From Marsupella aquatica (taxonomy: Eukaryota; Plantae; Marchantiophyta), in the NCBI GenBank assembly GCA_973895155.1, contig OZ316896.1, forward strand, positions 124,001 to 188,000: DNA of 64,000 bases, given 5' to 3'. Below the pieces are notes generated by a model, which searched no databases, was not told the DNA's origin, and saw nothing but the letters and a program-made list of their open reading frames with translations. The stretch's first letter is position 1. Each line of letters begins with the position of its first letter. Positions 53,156-64,000 of this stretch are shown one piece after another. A program made the translations under genes and the position numbers.

Positions 53156-54563
53156 TGTGGTGCGTCCCATGGCTCCCCAAACCCAAGAAACCCCCCCGCA
53201 CAAGCCGATTCCCGCAGGTTTCATGCTTGGCGAGGCCGTTTCCGCGGCTTAGCGGCATGGGACGCTGCTAACCTCCTTTCTACTACTACTATTAACATTT
53301 TACACACATATACTAGACAGATCCTTCATCGGGTCAGGAGATACGCAGTCGGCCTAATCTAGGCCTTCTCTTGTCTTTCCCTCCTATTGGTTAGGTATAT
53401 TTGGATTCCGCCGCCGGAATGATCCCCAATTGGTTTGGTTAAGCCGCTAAGACCTCTCTCAGCTCGACACATCCAACTCTCACTCCCTTGCTTACTTCCC
53501 TTCTACTTGTTGATGTGGGCACTCTTCACACAAGTTAATGCGACACACAAATAGCAAAATGACTCCTTCTGACTGAGTTATACCATGCACTTGCAATACA
53601 AACAGTACATCTCATACACAAGCTCTGCGAACTAAGCCGTTAGGCCAACTCTATTCAGTTCTTAGGTATGAGGAAACATGAATATACAGAAGGGTCACTG
53701 TATAACTAACCGAGAGCTTCTCTTACTACTTGATCCCAGCCCTGCTGGTGCAACTAAAAACTTGCTAAAGAAGAGGCCCTGAACTCCCCGCAGCTCAGGT
53801 ACTTATCCTGGTTGTGAATCTGCCTGATTCCTTGCAGCGTAAGCCTAATCTACCTACTGTAATCTACCTAACTGTAATCTACCTATGTACAGCGAGGCAG
53901 GAGCACAAGTGTCGTCCTCACCCATGGATCCAAAATCCCACTAATCTAAGTGTCAGGGCCGTCTCCTGGTCCTGATCCTAAGTCTAAACTTGGAGATCAG
54001 CGCCCGCCCTGCCCACTCACACCTCCTACCTCCACGTCCACCCTCCCTAAAAGGGACGGCGCCCTTACACCGTCACGACACCGGTGGCTGGTCCTCAATG
54101 GACGCCCCCAACACTTCCTCCGTAGCCATTGCCGTTGGTCCGTCCTCTGACCTGCCCCTGACCGAGTCAACTCTTCATCGGCCTGACTGGGTCCACCCTC
54201 GGCTTCGGCCTCAGCATCGGTTACGGCCTCTGATACGGCTACGGCCTCTAATACGGCTACGGCCTCCCCGACATGTTCTAGTGGAGGATCCGGTACCTCG
54301 GTAGCATTACTGGTTCTCCCGGCCTCGGCCTTGCCATCTCCACTCCCTAGGACTGGTGGATCCACCGCCGTGCCGATGCCGGAGATTGGTGCCGGGTTTA
54401 TCTTCTCGATCACAACGGCTTGAGAAGCCGTATAACTCCCAGACCTAGAAGGTTTCCACTTCTTCTTCTTCCCTATTTTGACAGCCGGTTCCCTCCCCTT
54501 GCCACTTACCTTCGGCACCGGGGTGAGTGTTTCGGCTTGTCCTTCGGCCAATACTACCCCTGG
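53156..54563 (-). mobile_element. LTR end of a third family member (copy C), nested in the 5' LTR of copy B
   Basis: A new TGTGGTGCGTCCCATGG terminus at 53156; ORF tail 53997..54551; similarity stops at ...CCTGG(T) 54563/54564. Confidence 0.85.
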
Positions 54564-55035
54564 TGTAGTATCACACTAGGGACATAAATAAACATTTAAG
54601 ATCCAAAACTCGGTATTCGTTCCCATGGAAGAACATGTAAGGAATGATTTTCTATGATTTAGCACTTATGAATGAATAAGGTAACAAAAACACAAAGGTT
54701 GAGCCTTTTACTATGGTTGCTCAGCAAGGCATAGTTTTAAATGTCTGCTTGACATTAAAAATAAAATTAACAAATGGAAACAATTAATAAAACACAATGA
54801 AAACCTTGAGGTATGGTGAGGGAGTTAGGAAACAACCAAGGTGACTCCTCAACATAACTTCATTTGATATGATTTAGGTGGTATATCCGCAAGAACATTT
54901 TTGGAAAGGATTACGATACTAGGATGATTACTAAAATGCCGTCAACATGTCTCAACTTTTCCTTCCAAGGTACTGAGTGGAGACTAGTAATCAATCACTT
55001 CTGTATCCAATCGGTACTTTGTGTCACAAATAAGA

Positions 55036-55387
55036 GGGGTATGGCATGCGTGACAGTAAACAGGAAACAGGTTTACTGGTACCAATAAAAATTTTCCTGT
55101 TACCAGCAAAAATTTATTGTTACCAGGAAAAATAATAATGTCAAAATATTTTCTAAAACGTCAAATTTTCCAAAAAAAATTAAATTATAACATTTTTTGG
55201 CTAGCTTTGGGCGCTAGCATTACCAGCGCCGGGCGCTAGCAAAAAAAAAAATTACGAAAAAAAAAAAAAACTTTTTTTTCCAAAAAAAAATTTCAAAAAA
55301 AATTTCAAAAAAATTACCACTCATTTCCTGTTACCAGTTTCTGTTTCCTGTTACTGTTTGCTGTTTCCTGTCGTTTGTAAATACCCC
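55036..55387. mobile_element. ~350-bp Mutator-like MITE
   Basis: GGGGTAT...ATACCCC ends with ACAGGAAACAG/TTCCTGT subterminal repeats. Flanking direct repeat AATAAGA(G) (7-9 bp depending on boundary). Confidence 0.7.
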
Positions 55388-56372
55388 AATAAGAGACACC
55401 ATCATAATCAAATTTGAAGCCATAAGTAATTGGTAAGTAACAATCTTTGCATCCCGTGCACAAGCAATGTCACGCCAAAAACTATGCATCAAGAACTAAG
55501 GAATATGTGAAACATCACCAACAAGGAATCTATTTCCACATACTCAAAAGATTTAATAATCACAATAATTTTACTTCAAGGGTCCAAACTTCTCATTCAT
55601 TTAGACTTGAAGGGGGAAGAATTCCTTTGTATTAAGTACTCATATGCAATGGAGTGCTTGATACAAATGGAGGTACCAAAGTTGCAATCTTGCAACTGAG
55701 CGCTCATGAAATTTCTTCACACTAAAAGTGACAGAAATTCAACTACATATAGGCTAGCAGAAACTAAAGGGGAAAAGAGATAATGAAAGGACATGCCCTT
55801 TCATATCTTAAGGGTCATAAACTAAAGTAAAAAGTATGAAAATATGCTACAGGAGTACTCAAGGTTCACTAGAATGTTGCTGGAATGAAAAACTAATCAA
55901 AAATGATCTCTAGTGTAAACTGGAGTAAAAGTGTTTTTGCACTTTTGTGGTAAAACTAATAAATAGTGAGTTTATCAAAATTTTAATTTCTAACATAAAG
56001 GTCAAAATGGGGTGAAACTTTCCTAGGTGAAAGATTTATATACATGCTACATGCTGGCAAAATTTCAGACTTTTCTAAGGTGTCTAAGTGCCTTAATAAA
56101 ATTGATGAAAATTTCTGTCGGATATAAAATATACTATTCCGGAAAATTTTTTAAGTGTCGGAAGCGCCGTTGCGCCTTTGCGCACTCACGCTACTGCAAA
56201 ACTAAAAATGCTATAACTTCTAAACGACATGTTGGTTTAAGCCGATACTTTCAGGGTATGGTCTGCTACATAAGGGCTATCTCATGAAAAAGTATGAGAC
56301 TTTTCTAACTACTTTAACTATTTAACAAAAATGATGGAGATTGACTAATCCTGACTCAAAGGATGGAGTAGG

Positions 56373-58942
56373 TCAATCCTCCTGAAGTAGTGCTGACTGG
56401 TCCGGTTGTTGAACACTCCTGAATATCTCAGTTCGAATCACCTCTCGAAGGAAATCCATAACTTGCATATCATGTCGAGCAAATGGAAGAGACCTGATTT
56501 GTCGTTCAGCATTTAGAATGGGGAGTAGTCTTCTGTGAAACATAGTATTCACCTTGCTAGCTTGCATATAGATGCCGACCAAATCATAACTACAACAAGT
56601 AGTATGGTAGTTGCGTGGAAACTTGTTGATGAAGGTGTCAGAGTCCTTGGCAAGTGATAGAAGTGGGGTGACACGAGGTAACAGTTCCCGCCACTTCAAG
56701 GTGTAATCAGCCAATCGCTGGGAAGTAATGTTGTTCCAAATTCTCTGACTCTCAGCAACTGGTGAGATAAATTGTTGAACAATAAAAGGTTTCTCTGGTA
56801 GGACACCATGTTCGACCTGATATCGTTTGTTGGTTTGTCTCAAAAAGTTGATGATGAATTCCAAGACATAGGCAGGTAAGTTCCCGAAGTATGCCAGGGC
56901 CAGATCTCCATTCTCCAATACAATGTGTCCAACCAGGATTATGACAGCAAGAATAGGGCAAAAATATTTAGCCTCTGTCCAGATCTTATCCATCTCTGCT
57001 ATCTCTAGGCGGGTGACATCCTTCAAATGAAGCTTCAGGATATAGAGACATTCAACTCTCTTCTTATGATAGTATTGCCAAAACTCAAAAATGGGAGGAG
57101 TTCTAAGGTCTTAAACTCTAACAAACTCAGCAAATTGTGTAATATTCTCCTGAGGGGTCTTAGGGTCAATATGCAGTGTAGGGATGAAATTGACCTGGTG
57201 GAAGGGTGTCAGGATAAGAAGTGGCAAGATGTTCACCTGTAGGGGTGATCTCAAGTTCTGGAAAACTAGGATAGAGCTGGTCTGGTTGATTCGAAGGACT
57301 GTAAGGAGAGGTGGGTGAATGGCTGGAAGAAGGGGAAGAATAGTAAATGGGAGAGCCAGAGGCTGAGGTATGATAACGGACGACATAATAGACTTGCTTC
57401 GGGTTGCAACCAAAAATCTGTGTAAACCTGTGGACTAAATCCTCACAATATTCTCGATGATGATCTCGAGTAAGTAAAGCTGATGTCTTATGCAGAAGAT
57501 CATCCAAGACATCAATTAAGTGTCTCTCATCACACTCCAGCATGTCAGTCATTTTATTAACAAGAGTAGAATAGTGTTTAGCAGAGTGACCTGGGGAAGC
57601 AGATAGTGTCTGTTGGAGCTCTAACCTGGGTGATGCATCATTTTCCTCCATTGGTTCAGCTTCAACAATATTTGTAACCCTAATATTGGAGGTGGGTTGA
57701 AATAGCTCCATCACTTCAGGATAGAACTGAGTCGGTCCTTGGGTTGGAGAGTATGGAGAGTCGGGACTACTAGGTTCAGGCAGAGTTACAGAGGCTGCTC
57801 TTAACCTCTCAACAGAGTCAACTATCTCCTCAGGTTCACAGATCAATAAGTTGCTTAACTTATCAATAATTTGTTGATTAGATTCTACTCTCAGTTCATC
57901 AGCCGTTGGTTTGCTGAACATGAAGGGTCTCTTACGGGATCTCATAGAAGGGGTCAAGCTGTCTACAGATAAATTCTGAGTTGGGACTGTGGGTGATCGA
58001 AGAGTATTAGGGATAGATATGTCAACTACAGGTACAGAAGGTGGGGACGTTCCTACTGGTTCTGGCGCGGATGTATACTCATCAAGATTGGAATTGAGGG
58101 GGGTGTAAAGTCTTCTGTCCTGATTGAGATCTTCGAAAGGGGATCAGGAATTGGTGAAGTGGTTCTCTATGGGTAAGAGGGGTAACCTCTGAACAGATAG
58201 GTGGGGGAACCTCCGGTTGGACTTCATCAGCATCTTCTCCTTCAGTATCCTCGTTTCCTGATTCACTAAGATCAAATTCATCAAGCAGTCTGATCCGCTC
58301 CTCTTGTTCGCCTGGAAGTAAGCAATTCCCATGAAAGTACAATTGGCAAAGATAAGAAGGGAGAGTAGTGAACTCGTCCATTTTCACCTTCTTTACTTGA
58401 GATAAAATAACCTGTCTTAGCAACAAGGCCCAATTTATCTGAGCAACACCCTTCCAACTTGCCACAATAGTATTGGCAAGTGACACAGGTATCATATGTG
58501 GCCGGATGGGATGGAGAATTGGAATCAAAAACTCTAAAATGATTTTGAGAGTATAATCGGTGCACTGATCCATTTTCCATCCATGGCGAACGTTTCGAGT
58601 TCCAGAAAAATAAGGCCTCGCAATCTCCCCTTGTTGTGAGTGTAAGCTGTCGCCTTTGGCGGGACAGTCGAAAGCATCAGCAACAAATTGCAGAGTCCAG
58701 AATTCTGGATTCGCCCGAGCAGTTCCCACCATACCTACTTCGATTCGTGCCCCATCACTGAAATCCTTCAAAAAACTCAATGAAGTTGCAGACCAAGGCA
58801 GAGTGAGTAATTTACTCAGGTGCATGACCGCCAGTGCTTCCTTCAAAACGTGCAAGCTTCTTTTCATCGTAGGGTATGTCACAGGGACGGCCTTAGGTAG
58901 AGGAACTCCTCTCGCGGTCATCTCTCCCCCTTCGTCTGCCAT
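56373..58942 (-). pseudogene. Accessory protein paralog 1 (~855 codons; 2 frameshifts, 1 stop)
   Basis: ORFs 58082..59032 (likely ATG at 58942), 57166..57957, the tail of 57111..57413, and 56373..57026. Colinear similarity with paralog 2. Confidence 0.8.
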
Positions 58943-59115
58943 AGTAACAAGAAACAAGGCGTTGTCACCAACTATCGATCCAAAGAGAGCAATGCCAAGT
59001 GATCTGTAAGTAGTGGGTATTTCCAAAATCATGAAGAAACTGAAAATTTTTAAATTTTTTATGGGGTTTAACCTCTAATTGTTGATAACAGAACGGAGAT
59101 AGCATTCTGTCTATA

Positions 59116-59287
59116 AGTTACGGTTCCCAAGTTTAAAGTAAGTTTACGAATAAACTCCAGTTACGAGTTACGAGTTACGGGGTTGCGACAGTATACTAGT
59201 TACGAGTATACTAGTTACGACTTACTAGTTAGGGCTTTACGAGTTGTGCCTTACGAGTTGGCGACCGATGATCGCGACGTCTTACGG
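59116..59287 (+). promoter_or_regulatory. Array of ten TTACG (mostly AGTTACG) motifs in the divergent intergenic spacer
   Basis: TTACG at about 59118, 59144, 59161, 59168, 59175, 59200, 59215, 59237, 59251 and 59282, all on one strand. The regulatory role is inferred. Confidence 0.55.
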
Positions 59288-59444
59288 CTACTTCCAACGG
59301 GACTTAGCAACGGGATGGCGAACGCGAATTGAAGAAAAGGCAAATTAGACTTCGGGCGCTCACTCCTAACTTAATTCCTGCCACCTCTGTTGATTCTACT
59401 AGCTTCCCCACTCCTTAGCGCACTCAACATAATGGATGAGAGCT

Positions 59445-61703
59445 ATGGCAAACCTCGGCATTGATGAACAGTACCGAGTTGACACTCTGGCAATTCCTAA
59501 GAGCATAGTCGCCCAAATTCCACCAGCGCCCGATAGCTATGCAAATTTACGGACTTCCTTATAGCAGCTAGGTTTGCAGCATCTACTTGCCGTCCCTTGG
59601 GAAGTAGAGCTCGACACATATTTGCAGGATTTTGTAAAGGGGTCAGTGCTTGCTCCTGAATTTTGACGGACTATTCGAGCTCGACCCAGCTTATGGACTG
59701 TGGAACAAATTGCTTATGCCTTCCGCTGCCCTTCAGAAGGAGAAGGATTGTATTCAAAGAAGAAAGATTTATCTACACCTTACTTCTCTGGGACTCGCAA
59801 TCTCACCAATGGCTGGAATTTAACACAGTGTATTTATCCAAATTTGAGAGTGCTTCTGGAATTTCTAGTACCCATTTTACACCCGAAGAAACCAACCATC
59901 TGTCCAGTGGCTTTGGTGAATACAATTGTAGCCGCACATAGTGGATCTGTCCCGGTGAATTGGGCCCTGCTAATTTTCAATGTGATGAAGGATCAGGTGA
60001 GGACCATGAAGGCAGGTAGACCCACTCATCTGCAGATTTATTTGTCTCAACTCTATCATGCTTATGATTGTTTATATCCAGAGGAGAAAACGGAAAGAGG
60101 GCTGCTCCTGATTGAGTTAGGCATTGAAGAAGACCTAAGTATGGAAGAACCAGTGGATGCTGTTCCCCTGGATTCTCATGATCAGAATGTGGATGCTGAG
60201 ATGGAATTAGATAGGACACCTGCTCATAACTTAGAGCTGGTTCGACACCCTCTGCATAACGTGGTGTATTCACCAAGGGTTAATATGAGAGATCAACCTG
60301 GAGCTGGAGAAGACAGAGATTCTCCTGAGCAATCAGCCGACGTTGCTGAACTGGCTCTTGCAACTGTCAACCTAAGGACCAACTCCTCCACTCCTTTGAA
60401 GGCAGAGTCGAATCAGCAGCTTATTGATAAGTTGACATCTCTCCTCAGTTGCAGTGATGATGAACTATATGATGCTGTTAATAATTTGAGAATGGAGGCT
60501 GTTAGTTTGGGATCACCATTTCATGATCAGCTAAGCCCTGTCAGAATAACCTCTTCCCCAAGAGAACCAGCACCAATGGAGTTTGTGCTCTGTACTCCTG
60601 TCACTGTACAGCCCCCTCCCCTAGAAACAAGTGAGCCTATTCCAGTAACAGATAGTATCAGCTGTGTGGCCATTGTGGATGACTTGTTAGAACTACTACA
60701 GTGTGAACCTCGACAGATAGCATCTGTGGTCCGCAACTTGATCCAACAATGTCCAACTGCTAGTCCTACTCCTAGCCCAGGTTCGCAACCTTACAGCCCT
60801 GATTCCAACTACAAACCCACAGAAGGACCCACCTACAATCGGTCACAATATGAGCACCCTTTTGACAGAAAAGATCTACCTGAAGACTCTGATCCACCCT
60901 CAGATGGTGAAACTTATAGATCTTATGATAATTCTCTTGAGTCATCCCCAAGGCAGGGATTTGAAGATGTTGATACTGCCTTAAGATCCAATCCAAACTT
61001 AGTAGCAGTTGTCACTTCATCTACTCAAACACCTCGGAATGCTACTATCGAAAGCAGGTACCCTAGACGTCCTGAGTCAGAAGTGCACAGGTATGCCACC
61101 ACTTGCAAAATAATGCAGGCCAACAGACCACCGGTTGGAGAGTTCTAGAGATACTACTATCTAAAGAAGACTGAGGCAAGCTACATCTTCGATCTTAGGT
61201 GTCTTGGTACTTCTAGAGTGGAAATGGCACAATTTGATGAGTTCTGGATTGACTCAATATACTTTCGGCCTATTCTTGCTATGATGCTACTCCAAGGTGA
61301 TGTAGAGGTAGAGGATTCAGACTTAGTTCTGGCATACTTTGGAAACTTTGTAGCCTATGCCTTGGATTTTGTGGTTTCCTTCCTGATGCAGAGCAAGAAG
61401 TCTACTACTCTACAACACGATTACATACCACAAGAACCTAAGGTTACCCTTGTTTCAACCAGTACATTGGCTGAGAAACAGAGGATCTGGAATAATGTCA
61501 CTTCTCAGACTCTAGCTGAATTCAACCGATACTTCAGAGATGTCAGATGGAGACTTCGACCCTTCTATTCCAGGATGATGAGTAGTGATGAGTTCCTGTT
61601 TCATTATTCCCAAGTGTATGCTGCTACCTGCAACAACTATGATGTGATTGGGATGTACAGAGAAGCTCTTCGTATAGATTCATGTTATTTTATGAAGCAC
61701 TAG
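59445..61703 (+). pseudogene. Accessory protein paralog 2 (>=750 codons in one frame, with in-frame stops)
   Basis: ATG at 59445 (MANLGIDEQY...LGLQHLLAVPW...RARPSLWTVEQIAYAF) is in frame with ORFs 59700..61148 and 61218..61703. Stops near 59562, 59664 and 61146. Confidence 0.8.
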
Positions 61704-64000
61704 AAGAAACCCACCCTTTCTGAGACCACAAAGAACGTGACTTGTCCGAGACCTTCATGAAACAGCGACTCCAAAGTTGTTGGTGTCATGTTAGTCACAC
61801 CTTCTTGACTGAGTTTTGGTGAAGTTTTGAGGAGTCATGTTTACAACTTTTAGGGAAGTTGTAACTATAACTGAGTTAAGGCAATTAGGTTGAAGTCATA
61901 CAAGCGACTCTACATTAGAGTACAACTTATGAGAGCACAACATTTGAGCCCTTCAACCTTAAAGTATGGGATCTAACCCAATACATATGATTTTGGATAC
62001 ACCATATGTCATCCCACATAGATTTAATTATAGTCAGGTCATACCATTTGAAACCATTACTGAGTATTCCATCATTATTCCTGCCCCCATTTAGACACCA
62101 TGAAGCGCGCCCCAGCCCCATTCAACTGCAAAAAGGATTTGTCAAAGCTTGCTAACCTAACTTAATGCTTTTTGTAGTCAATCTCTAATTTTTCTATCGC
62201 CGTCTTCTGGTCGTGCCAAAAAGGTGCTTAATTATCACCCAATTTCAGCCTCACATATGTAGCTAGGTTGGGTTTACTTATTGCCATGCCCCATAAACCT
62301 TCATGTTTCCCATGCCCCCTTCATATATGACAACCAATGCATGGTTCATGTTCAATATAAGTCCAACTTAAATGTCCAACTTAAATATATATGATCAGCT
62401 CTTCACTACCCCAACCCTAAAAAAGTGTACTTATCATAATGGTAATGTGGGGTCATATATACCTGACTATTTGGCCACATTTTCACCAAAGGGGGTGGTT
62501 CAAAGTTGTGACTAACCACTCACCCCACATATAACTATTGCGTAAGTCCTTTGGTTTCAAAGGAAAAAACTAATTAGGCAAATCATAGACTTTTGTGTCT
62601 CTTTTGTGCTTTCAATGTCTCCACTTCAATGTGCGTGAGTGTGCCTTTGGACACAAGTTTAGGGTGCGCGGGTTTCGTTTAACACGGCAGCAGAGTGCAA
62701 AGTTGAGTTGAATGTGCGCGGGAACTCGGTTTAGGGAAAAACTAGCTTGTCCATTCTGCTGTCGGCCGGGGACATTCATCGTGCTTGAAGGTTTTGTGAA
62801 GGGTTTTGTGCGAGGAGCTTTACGGACTTCACTCTCGCTTGAGAGATGGTGATGGTAGGCAGGTGCAACAGCAGTGCTTGATCAAGGCTAGACTTTATTG
62901 CGTAAGTCCCTGCTCGTCGTCTGGATATGTCATTGTTGTCGGGGTCTTCATGCTCGTCTGATTTGTCTTTTGCTCTTTGTGGCCGAGAGTCGACTACCTC
63001 ACTCACTGACTTCTTGTCCAATGCATACCACAACCCTATTCCTCGTTCTCAGTCTACGAATTGTTTCCAAAACTATTCGGAGAAACTGAGTCAAAGTGTC
63101 GTTCGTTGAGTGTTGACAGTGTCGCTCTTTGGCAAGCAGGAAGGTGCTTTTTCCGGGTTTCCATCGTAAGGTTACGAGCTTCTGTTGTTGCAGCTGTGAC
63201 CGACAACTGAGGAGCTACAACCAAGAGCTTATTGATTTGCAGCACTGCCATGGACGAGGAGCTGTGGAGGGCCGGGGAGCTGCAAGAAAGTGGGGAGTGA
63301 TCTTGAAGGCCAACTATCTAGCGTGAGGTGGATCATCGTGGCTGCAACATTGACCGGGCCTTTTTTTGCGTTGGGCACTGTGAGTAAGGCAATCTACGGA
63401 GGCGCGAAAGAGTCACGAGGAGTCGAGTTCAGCTACGGCAGTATTCACTTCAATTGTCCCAATGTGGTTGGCGTGAGCTGCAGGTGAGCTTAGTTGTGTG
63501 CACATTTCATGTAAGTCAAGTGGTCGGTGTTTTAGGCATTGCGGAACTTGATTGACCACCCCATGGCTAAGGTTTAAGGTGCGGACTACAACAAATATGT
63601 GTTGTTGCTGAAAGTGTTGGTGGTGAGCGACAACTGGTATTGTTTCAGCTAAAGGGAGCACATTGGAGCTTGTGTATCCATGACCTGCGACCGATTGCGG
63701 CTGCCTGTTGTTACAATCGCCGAATCAATCACGCACCCAATCTTGCGGGCAGAAACAACTTTGCGGGAGTGTTGAAGGTTTAGGGTGAGCAACAGCGGAG
63801 AGCTCATTGCTTGGTGGCAGGGTTGAAGGTGGATGATCGGGCTGCAAGGCCAACCGGGGACTTGTTTTGCATTGAGCGATTGCTGCGGATTGCTATGCAG
63901 CTTCAGTTAGGGCGGCTTGGTGCTACATCGGCACAGGTAAGGCTGCAATCCCCTATCGACGCGGACTCACCTCGTGACTGCAAGTATAGTTGTCTAGGTG

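Larger units (their letters stand above)
54564..61900. mobile_element. Unclassified element D inserted into copy C, carrying two divergent accessory genes
   Basis: Abrupt junction beginning TGTAGTATCACAC (LTR-like TG start), AT-rich non-coding DNA, then the paralog pair. The right end was not identified. Confidence 0.5.

Noticed and set aside
56373-61703. Inverted-repeat (hairpin RNA) interpretation of the divergent pair
   Set aside because: Similarity is evident at the protein level only; no long DNA identity was seen.

Overview
Eukaryotic nuclear DNA, most likely from a bryophyte (moss-like). The basis is GT-AG introns, TTTAGGG telo-boxes, a PLS-DYW PPR gene, and plant tRNA-Asn/iMet primer-binding sites; the taxon is an inference. 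The window is dominated by nested transposons around a small gene island. The island holds a 5'-truncated, frameshifted organellar isoleucyl-tRNA synthetase gene (10.5-15.8 kb), a Crinkler-type SAM-like/PD-(D/E)xK/kinase gene followed by an orphan RNase H exon (16.7-19.3 kb), and an intact PPR-DYW RNA-editing factor with recently duplicated 303-bp repeat units (27.5-30.6 kb). Two observations stand out. (1) A non-chromovirus Ty3/gypsy family is present in three copies. Its ~4.7-kb LTR (37943-42620, bounded by PPT+TG and CA) contains a whole ~1,236-codon sense ORF, so the accessory gene lies inside the LTR. (2) A nested element carries two diverged paralogs of a related accessory-protein family head-to-head (56.4-58.9 kb minus, 59.4-61.7 kb plus), on either side of a ~500-bp spacer with ten same-strand TTACG motifs. 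Other features are an L1 LINE ORF1, a truncated chromovirus-like gypsy, a 2.35-kb solo LTR with a perfect TSD, two MITEs and several tandem repeats. All coordinates were read by eye; no database searches were run.
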